Source of the DNA: Rhodosorus marinus CCMP1338
Taxonomy: Eukaryota > Plantae > Rhodophyta
Length of the DNA: 64,000 bases
NCBI GenBank assembly: GCA_029953675.1
Contig: JAMWBK010000004.1
Span: forward strand, 1,240,001-1,304,000
Reading direction: 5' to 3'
Positions within the stretch are counted from its first letter, which is position 1; every line of letters starts with the position of its first letter. The notes under the pieces are model-generated. The model worked only from the letters and a program-made list of their open reading frames with translations, searched no databases and had not been told where the DNA came from. Made by a program: the position numbers and the translations under genes. This document shows, piece by piece, positions 37,340 through 50,512 of the stretch.

Positions 37340-40300
37340 CTATAGAAAGATTTGATCTTCGTCGTCCTCCGATTCTTCTGATCTACTTTTTCTGGGGACA
37401 CCGTCCGGGCCAGCTTCTCCCTCCTTCTGTGACTCCACAACGGATTTTAATTTCCTCGGATTTCCGTTCCCTTCCGTTCCATTGCCGAGGGCTACGGAGC
37501 CTCCTGAGGCCTGTCATTCGAAGGAGCCGTTAGTCTAGGATCGTGGGTGCCCGCTTCACCCAGAAGCAAACTCGAGGAGGTTAAGAGGGCGAAAGCTCGA
37601 CTGCTTACCTCTGTTGTTGCTTTTTCCTTCGGGGTGGGTATCGGTTCCGGTTCGGGTTCCGGTTCGGGTTCCTCCTCTTCCTTCTTCTCTTCTTCATCGT
37701 GGAGGTAACCATATCCTTGTTCCCTTCTTTGTTCGTCAATAATCAGTGCCACTTCTTCTGGGGGCGTGTCGTAGGCGAGGAGAACTGCTCGTCCAAGAAG
37801 AAGGCTAGTTTCGAAGAGTTCTGGTATAATAGCAGTAGCCCCAGCCATTTGGAGCAACATTTGCTGTTTTGCGTCGGCGGCACGGACGAATATTTGCAGA
37901 TTGGGATAGTCCCTCGACAGTGATTGAACAGCACGAAGCGTTGAGGGTGGATCGTCCAGTGTAACCACGACCGCCTTACACTTCTCGACCCCAGCGGAAC
38001 GAAGCACTTCAGCTCGGCAAGCGTCACCGAAAAATACAGGCAGCCCACGGCGACGAGCCTCAATTACCCTCTGGGGGCTGAGATCGAAAGCTTTGTATCT
38101 AATCAGCTGAGAGTCGAGCAGCTCACAAACAGATTGCCCGACTCTCCCAAATCCGGCGACAATAACAAAGTTCGTCGCATCTGCAGTGTCAAGATCCGAC
38201 TGTCTCGCACCAATCAGGCCCCGGCCACTTTCCATTTTCGTGGCAAGAATACGACCAAGGGCAGCCAACACCGGCGTCATCGCCATCGATAAACCTACCA
38301 CAAGCACAAGCAGCTGCCTGAGATCCGGAGCCAGCAGACCAACCTGCAGAAAGAAACGAATAGAAACGTGCGGTGCTTCAGATGCATGTTCCTCATCGAT
38401 TCAAAATGCCAGCTCGTCAGTAGACCCCGGCTTAGCTTACACTCTGAGCAAGAGCGAATATAACAAAAGCAAACTCCCCTCCCTGGGCTAGGATGAGTCC
38501 AGTTCTAAAAGAACTAGCAAAACTCCTCCCGAACAGAACCCCGACTGCTGTGATCACGCCAGTCTGGTGTAAAAAGAGAAGTGCAAATGGTTCAGGGCTT
38601 TTCACTCCGGAAAGCGATTGCGTCATATGAACAGTTACCTTCAGAGCAAGCAACCCGCCGATGAGGCTTAATACTGGTCCAATGTTGGCTAATGCAAGTC
38701 TGAGGTCGATAGTGAACCCCACGGTGATGAAGAAAAGTCCAAGCAGAAGACCTCGAAACGGTTGGATGTCGGCCTCCACTTGATGCCTATATTTCGTCTC
38801 CGCAAGCATGACACCGGCAAGAAAGGCGCCGAGCGTGTCCGAGAGGCCGAGACCCTCCGTCAAGGTTGACGTCGCGATCACGGTGAAGAGAATCGTCGCG
38901 ACGAAAGCCTCAGACGAGCGCGACTAATAGTCGGAAAGTGTGAAATGGGTGATAGTTAGGATCAGCCTCTAGCTTCGCTCCTCGCGAGCATCGACCTGTC
39001 GGAATCTCACCTTTGCCACAAACTTAAACGTAGGCTCCAGTAAGAGCTTTCCAGAGGCGACAATAACGGCAAGAGCCAGTACACCTTTTCCAGCGGCAAC
39101 TGAAATTGCTCGGATCAGCATTGTCGATCCGCCGCCTCCGCTCGCCGCCAGGAGTGGTGTCAGGACCATCATCGGCACAATGGCCAGATCCTGAAACAAG
39201 AGAATTCCAAACGCAGCTCGGCCGAACCTCGTTCCGAGCTCTCCTCGTTCGGACAGGAGCTGAAGCACAAACGCCGACGAAGAAAGCGCCAGACTCCCGC
39301 CTATTTTTGGAAACCAGTTCGTCGACGAGTCAGTGAAGTCCGCACGGCACTCGCCTAAATCCAAAATTTCTGCCTCAATGCAGCATGTGTCTGTCCCGGG
39401 AGAAATACGCGCGTACCTATTACCAGTCCCGTCTCTATCGGAAGCCCGGCGAGAATAGTCACGACGGTGATAAGGAAGCCTGTGATAAGGAACTGTCCAG
39501 ATCCGAGTCCGAATACGTCCGACTTGAGTTGTCTAAGCTTGCTTGTGCTCAGCTCGAGTCCCATTTCGAAGAGGAAAAACACTACTCCAAACTCTGCCAG
39601 TAGCTGGCTGCCATGAACGTCGCCGATGATTCTAGGAATTGAAATTGTGAGCCAGATAAGTGATTTAGTCTAGAACGCTTGCTTTCCCTGGAAGCCAGCT
39701 AGAAAGACCTGGGGCAGGGGGCGAAGGCTCAGAATGCGTACCCAAGTCCCTTTGGCCCAAGCACGATTCCAGCCATAAGGAAGCCCAGAATGGGCGATGT
39801 CTTGAGACGGTCAAAAAGCGGCACGATGATCATTGTCGATAGCAGGATAATCAGCGTATCCCAGACTGGCACATGTACGTGGCTTAAGAAATCCTCCTTG
39901 AGGAAATGCACTCTATCCTGAAACTTTCCAAGGGCAGGGGCCTCAGGTGCTTCAACCATAGCCATTTGAGTAGACGCACGGTTTCGTTCCGCCTTGGAAT
40001 CATCACCCTATGTGTGGATATTAAAAAGCCGTGTCAGAGTCATGATCAGAAATGTCGTGTTACCCGCACACTTTCCATGAAAATGGATCTACGTTTGCGC
40101 TACCTTGGTCGTCGCTGTATGCGAAGATTTTGAGCGCAGGTGGCCTGCATGGATCCGAGTATTCGTCGACGAAGTCTCGACAATTCGCTCAACGCCGGGC
40201 CCCTGTGAGCCAACTACTCGGAAAGGAGCCATCCGCTCACTGATATTTCGAACACTCAACAACATGGCGAGGGAAAGTCCCAGGGACTTAACATTTTCTA

Positions 40301-40403
40301 CAACTGACGCACGGACCTGAGTTCGACGAGCATCCCTGTGATTCGACCGCAGCCGAGCAGGTCGGGGTGCAGCCGCTATAAAACCTGGAGCGTGGGACCC
40401 CAT
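37340..40403 (-). CDS. KEA3: Plastid K+/H+ antiporter (CPA2/KEA, KEA3-like) with C-terminal TrkA-N/KTN domain, multi-exon
   Basis: SPILGFLMAGIVLGP, FFLFEMGLELS, ALSSSAFVLQLL, GILLFQDLA, LGAFLAGVMLAET, LAQGGEFAFV, and the KTN domain IVAGFGRVGQ...GLPVFFGD. The KEA3 versus KEA1/2 assignment is less certain than the family call. Confidence 0.9.
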
Positions 40404-42781
40404 CTTCCCATCCAAACTCTCGGCAAATCTTAAAACCTTGACCTAGATACCAAGGGAAACACCCTCACGCCTCATGCACACACCTTAACCAAACAACCAC
40501 GCTACACCTAGTCTACCAGAACGCACAACGCCACCTACAACCCCCTCCTCCCCCGTTGGACAGTAAACAAGCGATCCTCAGCAGAAGATCCTCCACATCC
40601 AAAGAATCCAGTCCGATCTATACTCATTCACTACAACTAGCCACCTGCCAATTTTCGATCCTCGTTGGAACTCCCCTTCAAAAACCAAGCTCTCTTTTCA
40701 AGTCTTTTACGCCGACACTAATCACTCATCTAAGACACAGCCCTCCCACTCCTTCCCCAAGCATCCAACAGCCTCCGCCTTCCCCCCCCCCCCATGCACG
40801 GCTAAAGAAATCTCAAGCACGAGTTCATTCCCTTTCTCAGACTAAGGAAACCTCTCCAGTTTTGAGACAACACTTCCACTTTCCCCAGTTTTCCACAGTT
40901 TTTTTTTTGAAGGTCTCTACCACCTTCTCCTAAGCTCCCTCAGTAGCTCTACATTAAAGTAAATCTGCGTAAATCTGCGTGAATTTGTCTCAAGGGTCCC
41001 CAAGGTTCCCTAGTTTCCCCAAATTTCTCAAGTCTCCGCAGTTTTCCCGAGAACCAGGCAGCACCCGTTAAAAACCCGATCCGCTCGATGTCGCCATCTG
41101 GGATGGGAAATACGCGCCTCCCTCTCTCGCTCCGTCTCTATTCCGACTCCCTTAATTTTTTTTTACGGTTTTTGCGCCTCTTCCTTTCCGACTCCGTTAG
41201 TTTTTACAGTTTTGGTACGTGCAAGGAAAACGTTCAACTATTAAAGAAAAAACAAACAGAACATCCATGGGGGCGTAATTTGATTGACTCAATCTGTTGC
41301 ACAGCTAGTACACGGACGAAAACCACTCCAAGAACATGCTCGTAGACCCGAATACCCGTCTCATAGAAAAAATTCTTCTTTCAATCAAAATAGAAACCAG
41401 TTTCAATCAGAATTGAGGCTCTTTTTGACTGTCGGCTAAACTATGCCCCTCTTCAGACGTGATTAGGAGAATATAGTCAGAATTGGACAATATTTAGAAG
41501 AGTTTTCGATGATAGTCTCTTCGATGAGTGTAGTTTTTTCTATATTATGTAAAATACTGTCCTAGATCGTAGCTTCAACGGTCCCGAAGTTGCAAGCTCT
41601 TTGCGTTGGGTTCTATGGGAGGCACGCGCAAGCTCTCTGCATGATCACGATCCTGCGAATAGCAGTATCTAGACGTGCTCCAAAGCAGGACAGGCGGAGC
41701 ATTTAGGCTTCCATGTGCTGGTGAGCAATCAGAGGCGACTGGTCCACCGAGCATGTGACGACAGAGCGTAGAACAGCGGATTGCAGGGTTGGTTTTTGGC
41801 TGAGGAGGACAATTAGGTGAGAGGATATGTGATAACAGCATACTGAGAGGGCTCATGATTGCCTTTGGATCTCCTTTACCAAAGCCTCCTCGAAAGGAGC
41901 GCCGGTGGAAGCGGATGTGTGCGGTTACGAGGACTTATGCACCGGCAGAGGAACTCTTTCGAATCGTTAGAACTAGGACGGCTAATGACAAGTATGTAGT
42001 CGCCCTCAACGAAGGAAATGGAAGGTAAATGGATCAACCACACTGAACTCAACTCGTTTGTGAAGCAGTGCTCTGGTTCATCGCGCAAGACGATAGATTC
42101 TGAAGACGGGCTCGAAATCGCGCTTTTCGCATACGCAGGTCTGTGTATATTCTAAAACGGGCCGATGTTGTGGCGAACGCCAAGAGGAAAAACTTTCTCG
42201 GCAGGATTCTGAAATGCGCGATACCGCCGCTGATCTTCACGCAAATGGAGGAAATCGTCAGGGAGAACTCTCCGTAGATCCTCCCGACACGGAGACGTTA
42301 CGGCGGACCCGTCATGTACCCAACAAGCAAAATCGAGGGACATGAAACCTTGATATGACGAAAATAAACTGAAGAACTCTAAAACTGACCTCCCAAACAC
42401 ACCCACACCATTCAAAAAAACTACCCACAAACGAAACAATCTCGGCCAAGCTCCGATCCACAGCTCAACGCTGCCCGCATTCAGTGCAGGCGATAGGCAG
42501 TTCGTTCCAGTTCAGTGTATGTACCTGTACGTACGAGGTTATCATGACGATCAATCGGCTTGACAGCATCGATCTCTTCAGTCAACTACCCCGCGCGTGC
42601 GAAGGAGGCTATTGGTATATCCAGTCAGAGCGACAAAGCTGATGTAAGAGATACATTTCGCTTTGGAGGCCAGGGCGGGAGCTTGCAGACGATCGTTTTT
42701 GAAGGGTTAGGCTGGACTGAAGAGGGCAATGCGAGTATTTTTATAACCTGGGGGACAGGGTTCTATTAGGTGTGGACAATA

Positions 42782-44158
42782 ATGGCGTTCTGTTTCGAGT
42801 GCTGCCTGGCGCCGATCCGATCGAGCGCGAGGCCGGCGATCAGGCGCTCACTGTCTACTATGCGAATGTCGGCGGAGGGCACGAAGAAGCTGGTATTCCT
42901 AGGCTCTCCGACATTTGCAGCTGATTCCCTGAAGAAGCTGAACAGTGCGTCCAAGGCTATGGGATATGAATTGTCATTGGTTGTGACCCAGCCCCCGCAG
43001 CCAGCGGGGAGGAAGAGAACAATGACACCTACACCAGTTCATGCGGTGGCTGAAGAGCTCGATATCGACGTTCAAACTCCCGCAAAGGCCTCAGATCCGG
43101 ACTTCATTGAATTTCTAGAGAAGCTAGAGCCCGATCTGTGTGTTACCGCAGCGTACGGAAACTTTCTGCCTTCCAAGTTTCTTCGTATCCCACGACATGG
43201 GACAATCAACATTCATCCCTCGCTTCTTCCTCTATTCAGAGGAGCAGCACCGGTTCCCAGAGCACTGGAGGCAGGTGTTGAGACGACTGGGGTAACTTGA
43301 TAGTCAACTCGATCGAGAACATTTCGCTCGAGACTGCTGTTTCATACCTCAACCGGCTGAAACCTAGTTGCTCCCCTCAGGTCACGATTGTGTTTACGGT
43401 TTTGGAAATGGATGCGGGACCGATCATTTCGCAGCGAGAAGTCACATTGAAGGGTGATGAGAAGAGCCATGAGCTCTTGGACAGCCTCTTCGATATCGGG
43501 ACCGATGAAGTCCTCAACGTAATCCCGTCAATCTTCGACGCCACAGTGGAACCTGTCGAGCAGGATCACTCCAAGGCGACCCACGCGGACAAGATGCGGA
43601 AGGAGGAGGGTGTTACCGCGTTTACTGAGAATGCTGTTAGGATACACAACAAGGTAATTTCTGGGGTCGGAACATACCTGCGGCTAGTTTGTTCCAAGCC
43701 TATTCGTGCTAGTGAGCCAAAGTCATACATTGTCACTTTCACCGCGAACAGATCAGGGCCTTTGCTGGTTGGCCTGGAGTCTGGGCAGAGTTCATTTCAG
43801 AGACGGCGAAAGGAGTACGGGAGGAATTGAGAATCAAGCTCATCACTTCCCGCGTGCATGAGGCAGAGGGAGGTCCAGCCCTAGGAGTACATGAAATCAA
43901 TCTGGGAGCATGCAAAGACGCGCTTCGAGTGGTTTGTGACGATGGGTCTGTGCTTGACATTCTTGAGCTGCAGCCTCAGGGCAAGAAGGTGAGTGGTTTG
44001 CGCTGAGGCAGGCTCATATGGTATTGGTTGTTCCGCTCTGGAGGCAAAAATGCTCAAGTGAAGGACGCGCGCATGTTTTTTTCCAGCCGATGCCAGCAAA
44101 GCAGTTCAAAGGCAGTTTGCAAGGAAAAACATTTTCAAGAAAGCGCGTTCCGCATTGA
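42782..44158 (+). CDS. fmt: Methionyl-tRNA formyltransferase, organelle-targeted, multi-exon
   Basis: KLVFLGSPTF, VVTQPP, VTAAYG, INIHPSLLPLFRGAAPV, MDAGPI, VRAFAGWPG, ELQPQGKK|PMPAKQF; transit-like MAFCFECC N-terminus. Confidence 0.95.
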
Positions 44159-44863
44159 TATCCATTCGAACCAGTTTGCCATGGCAAAACTTGCGCCTCC
44201 AGATTGCGTATGGAAGAATTTGGACTGCACGGTGAGTCATAAAGGTGCGGGATACGGTCAACGCGTAGGGTGCTCTTACGCCGGGCTCTCACCGAGAGGG
44301 GAATCGTTCGAGCCGAGCGTCCAAGACGCTTGGGCGGTGCGGGCGCAGGTAGCTGCTCAGCAACAGGCTGAGTATGCTATACTCGGCTTTCGATTTTTGG
44401 TTCGCCTGTTTGTTTGTGCTCAGGTTTACACATATTGGTGGAATAAAACGGTCTAAAAAATTGTTTATTCCACAACGATTCACGTACGAACCCAACACCA
44501 TCCGTTCCATCACCCGCGAAAAGAAACGTTCGTAAAGATCGAGCACATTAGCAGCACAAACAATGGCTGTACGCCATGGGGACAGGAGCTACGATTCGAC
44601 TTTCAACCAGCCGCGGGATGAGCAAAAAAAAATAGACATCATGATCAAAATACAACTACAAAGGGAGAGGAGGGACGCTGTCTGAACTGGATATATAGCC
44701 CGTTTCGCTTCCCAGACAGCAGTAATGGTCGTTTCACTGCTGGGAATTCAGAACTGGCGCACGCTCACAGTCACCCGTGGCCCTTCGGAGTTTCTAGATA
44801 TAATTCAGCGGTCCCGGTGGCGTCGTACAAGTTATCTGTTTCAGGACATCCTTCGTAATAAAG

Positions 44864-45631
<768 letters not shown>

Positions 45632-47491
45632 TCAAGAATACCGCACCCCCTTAAAACAATCCACGATTAGAAAAAAAATATAGTTATGCCTCCTTTCCGC
45701 TGCTAAATCCCCCTTCTCGATCCCTTCTCACTCCTCTCAGCCTTCTCGATCTTCCCGATCCTATCGCTTATTTACTACAGATTCCCTCCCACCCTAAAAC
45801 TCCACACTATACAAAGCACAGCTTTGTCCTACCCTTCCCCCCCCCCCCCCCAACAGTCCCCAATCCGTTCCTATCAGCTACACCCCCGCCCAGAGACTTG
45901 CTACCCCCGCCCCCTCATCAACCGGTCCTGTCCCTCTCACCACCACCACCACCATCCACCTTTTTTTTCTTCAAAAACGGCCTACTCTTTTTAGGCTTCA
46001 ATACCTCTTCCCCCCCATTCTTGATCGAGAGCACAACCAAAATGCTATCTCACAAGGGGGTACTGGAAGAAATTTAGGATTTCTCATAATTTTCAATAAT
46101 TCAAATATATTGAAGAATGTTTCATTTTAGAAAATCTTTTAGATATGGTTCTAGGGGTGAGAAAGAACAGAAGTTTTTCTTTTGGAGGAAGATAGGTAAG
46201 GGGGGGTGCATGTAAGAGGCACAAAGATGACAAACTTGGATGAGCGGTTTGACTCATGTTTTTTAATTTTTTTTGCAAGGAGTATGACTTCTCCTCCTGT
46301 TGGTATCTATGGTGGTGCGACATTCAAAGACGTGCCGTGCTCGGTTGGACTCAGCAAGAAGGATTCCGCTCGGCCTCCGAAATGGTCTACCTGGTTGGGA
46401 GGGGGGGAGAGGGGAAGGAGGAATTGGAGGAAAGTACCACGTGTGGTATGAGCAGCAGAGACGATACCTGCGAGCGCTTTGCGTCTGTGGAACGGCAATC
46501 ACAGGTGATTACGTTCTGATCTCGGACGAGTGTTAGGTAGTTTCCGATTCACAGCGCTCTCGAGATCTGGGTTCGTTTCCTGGAAAGCCGAGGATTTACT
46601 CTGCCTAGATATTTTGCGGAGGATTAATTCTCTTTTCCTCCCGATCCACGCAAGCCACGGTGACATGTTGCAGGCAACTAGAACATGCACGCTAATTCAT
46701 CAAGCGATATCTGCGGTGGAAAATGTATGTCCTGTTCGCCAGCAGGGTCCTTGCACATCCCGTATCTGCGCGTTGAGAACTGGTCGGCCCCAGTCCCGGA
46801 ACCAATGGATCCCCTTTCCCAACCAGTCGTCACCGTAAGTCCCCTCAAGTTGAATCCCTCTTCAACATTGCACAGCAACCCAGACGTAACTCGAATTCAG
46901 TCCAGATTCACAAAGGAGCCTTCTCATACAGTAATTTCAAATTATGATTATATTTACCCAGATCCCAAACAACCTGCTCAAAAAAACCCGGCGTTTTTCG
47001 AGCTCACATAATGACTGAAAAACCTGACACATTAGATTGAATAGATTTAGGAATTATTTGGTCAAAGAAAATACTCGATTTCATTTGTGCCAGCATAGGT
47101 AAGCCCGGTCTATGATTGGTTGGATAGTCTGCTGCTGTCAGTTGAGATCTTATTCTTCAGAAATCAAAGATTTCTCTCCTTCTTTTTGCAGAAGTTTTCT
47201 CCTTCAAACGCCCGGAATTCAAAAGTAATTTTGTTTTTGTTTTTGAATGGAAAGCGCCGCTTCATAAGTTTTGGTAGTTTTTAGACTGCTTGGAAAATGC
47301 TTGTTTTTTTTTTCTTAGCTGAAAGGGATGGATTTAGATATATAAGGATTGTGGGCGGTGTTACCGGTCTCGGAGGGGAAAGGGGTTCAGGTCGGTTACA
47401 GGACGGGACTGGGAAGGTAGGAATCTTGGAATACTAGAGGAGAGAAGCATTTTAGGGGGATTCATTGTGAGAAGGGGTGGAGAAGTGTGAA

Positions 47492-48424
47492 ATGAGCGAC
47501 AACGGAAGTGGGAAAGACCCTGGGCCTTACTATCGTCGAAATTCGAGTGCGCCTGTCTCGTATGACCCGTATCCGACTACCGGGTCGGGCATCAATCCAA
47601 ATGCGTATCCTGAGGCTGGGGCGATGGCACCCGATGGAATTGAATGGAAATCTGCGCCGGCGAGTGCTTCTTACACGAGGTATCCAACACCAACAACGGG
47701 GGTAGCGGAGAGCGGAGGACCACACCCCGCGTCAGTTCAGTATCCACCACCCCCTGGGGCGTCGGAGTACAGAACGCCAACCGGGAAAGCTCCTTGCCCT
47801 CCGTATCAGGGTTACCCGCCGCCAAATTATCCTCACGCGAACTACCCACCCTCGCCATATCCACCGGCACAATACCCTCCGCCACAGTACTCGCAGGTTG
47901 GCTACCCGTCAACCAGCTCGTACGGCAAAGAAGGAGTGGTAAATGATCGTTCAAAAGCTTATGGTGCTAATCCCGGTTATCCAAGCGGTGGAGCTGTCTA
48001 TCAGAGCGGAGAGTTCGCTGGATACGCGTCAACAGAGAGACGGGTACAGTCCAATGGGACGGTAACGCCGGAGCCTGCACTGCAACCTCAGTCAAGCGCA
48101 CTGGTGACAACTGCATCACGGAGAGCAACGCCACCGATGGCCCACGCGGCTTCGGAGCCAATCCCGCAGAGCACCTACTCCAAGCCCGTACCGGCAAGTT
48201 CTAGTGGCACTTACTATCAATCAAAAGACTACGTCAACAGCCAGTACCGGGAGGAGCCAAAGAAGAAGAACGTTTTTGCGTCGAACAAGAAGGCCATAGG
48301 GTATGGTGTTGCCGGGGCCGTGTTATTTGGTGACGTTGGGGGAGTCGCCGGTGCCTGGTACGGCCATCACAAGGACAAGAAGAAGAAGAAGAGGGACAGG
48401 CAGCGCGAGGGATACTATTATTAA
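47492..48424 (+). CDS. Pro/Tyr-rich disordered protein (YPPP repeats) with C-terminal glycine-zipper-like segment and basic tail
   Basis: 310-aa single-exon ORF with repeated YPP/QYPP, followed by AIGYGVAGAVLFGDVGGVAGAWYGHHKDKKKKK. A decayed copy lies immediately downstream. Confidence 0.75.
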   Translation: MSDNGSGKDPGPYYRRNSSAPVSYDPYPTTGSGINPNAYPEAGAMAPDGIEWKSAPASASYTRYPTPTTGVAESGGPHPASVQYPPPPGASEYRTPTGKAPCPPYQGYPPPNYPHANYPPSPYPPAQYPPPQYSQVGYPSTSSYGKEGVVNDRSKAYGANPGYPSGGAVYQSGEFAGYASTERRVQSNGTVTPEPALQPQSSALVTTASRRATPPMAHAASEPIPQSTYSKPVPASSSGTYYQSKDYVNSQYREEPKKKNVFASNKKAIGYGVAGAVLFGDVGGVAGAWYGHHKDKKKKKRDRQREGYYY

Positions 48425-48588
48425 GCGAAGTTCTGGAGTGATCGACTCCTAGTTTTTGAGAGGTTTATATCGCGTGCTCATACTTCTTTTGAAATCGAAA
48501 GTTAAAGTCTAATACTATGTATTGCATCGAAGAGATTGACGCCACGAACGATATTCCCAGCTCACAGTAAGCGCGTCCCCTAAGGATT

Positions 48589-49332
48589 GAGCGGTAAACG
48601 ATCGTTCATACGCTTACGGTGCTAATCCTGGTTATCCCAGCGGTAGAGCCGGCTATCGGAGTGGAGAGTTGGCTGGATACGCGTCAGCAGAGGGCGGGGT
48701 AGCGTTCAATAGGATGGTACTGCCGCAGCCTGCACTGCAACCTCAGTCGAGTACACTGATGAAAACTGCATCACCGCGAGACCTCGGAGGCAACCCCGAA
48801 GAGCAACTAGTCCAAGCCCCTACAGCAAGTTCTGCTGGCACTTACTATCAGTCAAGCGACTACGTCAACAGGCTAAGGTTGTACCAAGTGGGTCGGGTTT
48901 TCGCTGTTTACCCCTCTGAACCCCCCTGTTTTCTCGGGTTTAACCACTTCTGGGTCATAACAGCGAAAAACCCGACCCTCTTGCACAGCCCTAAACAGAC
49001 AGTGTACCGTCGAGGAGTCCAGGAAGAAGAACTTTTTTTCGTCGAACAAAGGCCATTGGGTATATGGTGTTGCCAGGGCAATGTTGTTTGGTGACGCTGG
49101 GGAAGCCGTACCAAGCGCCTGGTGCTTGGTACGGCCATCACAAGGACAACAACAAGAAGAAGAAGAGCAGGGAGCGCGAGAGACACCATTAAAAAGCGTT
49201 CTGGAGTGAATGACTCGTAATTTTTCAAAGGTTTACATTTTATGCCCATACTGATTTGAAGTCGAAAATTATTGAAGTCTAATACTATGTATTGCAGCGA
49301 AGAGATTAATGCCGGAACGCCATTCCCACCCT
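48589..49332 (+). pseudogene. Decayed tandem partial duplicate of the 3' half and 3' UTR of the Pro/Tyr-rich gene
   Basis: Aligns to about 47934-48563 through shared blocks such as gcctgcactgcaacctcagtc, ggcacttactatca, gtacggccatcacaaggacaa and agtctaatactatgtattgca. It carries frameshifts and a 120-bp insertion. Confidence 0.88.
48874..48993. mobile_element. 120-bp MITE with hAT-like termini
   Basis: Absent from the parent copy. Imperfect TIRs: left taaggttgtaccaagtgggtcgggttttcgctgtt, right (reverse complement) tagggctgtgcaagagggtcgggtttttcgctgtt. Flanked by aacaggc / aacagac, a degenerate 7-8 bp TSD of the parent aacagcca. Confidence 0.8.
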
Positions 49333-49529
49333 CAATAATCGTCCGAACCCACAACGCGACTACGTGAATCTTCTGATTGGCTGGACACTGGCACTGTTCA
49401 GGTATTCGTAGTCTATATAAATGAAGCGTAACATTGAAGGTGACAAGAGTGCTTTTCGCTGAAGCTGTACTGTTACCCAAACTATTTCATTGCCGCAGGG
49501 TACACCCAGTCTTTCATGAAGCAATGAAG

Positions 49530-50512
49530 TTGAGGCATCTTCAGGTGTCATCCTTATCGCCCGAGCTTGTGATGGCTTTCGAGAGTAGCATGCCTTCAAA
49601 CTCGTTGACGAGGGCCATGTCGCTGCTCCCAAGTGCAAGTTACGCACAGCGCTCGCTGTACGTACATGCAACTTTGGTTCAAACACTGAAGCGCAAGACC
49701 GAAGTCCACCTTCCTTTCCCATGGTAGCCAAGATATCGGCTCTCCCTCCTATCCTCTTTTCGCAAGGAAATCCAGCAATGGGTCTCCAGCCTGGTCCTGC
49801 TTCAGATCTGTTGTTTTCCCCTTATCAGATATGGTGACCACGGAAGCTTCTTCCTTTGCGATCGTTAGCGCCAGAGAAGTCTGACTTGTATGGTCTCGAA
49901 TTGACCACGGATGGGACGCAAAGGTGGGCTGCAGAATTGTTTCGCCAGGGCTCATGACTGCGTAGTTCACCTAAATCGATGGGATCAATGGAAAGCCTCT
50001 CAGCTATCAGCAACGCACAAAGATTTTTGAGGATGGGCTCCCATGCCCTGCACCGCTCCGACCGATAAGAGCACGCGTACCTCTCTACCACTGTAGCTAA
50101 TCCAATTGATATCGACTGGCAGGTTGGATGTGTTGTGGAACAAAATGACGGTTCCGTACTGAGAGTTTTCGCTCCTATACCCTTCCCAGACGACACGAAA
50201 TTTCACGTCTTCGGAATCGTCACTATCAACAGCAGCGAAATGGCTTGGTGGTTCCTGCAGTACTGCATGCGCCTGACATTGTACAAAAGCGTATGAGTTA
50301 GAAGTGGTCCTTCACTGCTGATCGGGCAGGGAAGCAAAATTCACCTGTCCGCTGAACAAAATCGACGTGGACACCATCCCTGCGGCAATTCCACCCATCA
50401 AGGCTGTTCTCCAAATCCTCCGCTCATCTCCGCCGCTGCGTGCATTCATACTAGTGGCAGTTCTCCTCATACATCCATACGGCCCGGGCAGGGCAAAACC
50501 AAGCACGGACAT
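49530..50512 (-). CDS. VHL beta-domain protein with predicted bipartite plastid/thylakoid-lumen presequence; 3' end uncertain
   Basis: YRSENSQYGTVILFHNTSNLPVDINWISYSGREV plus YAVMSPGETILQPTFASHPWSIRD match the pVHL beta-domain pattern. N-terminus is MSVLGF...ERRIWRTALMGGIAAGMVSTSILFSGQ|AHA. Confidence 0.7.

Noticed and set aside
41575-42440. Minus-strand ORFs upstream of fmt
   Set aside because: No recognisable family, and frames change without clear splice sites.
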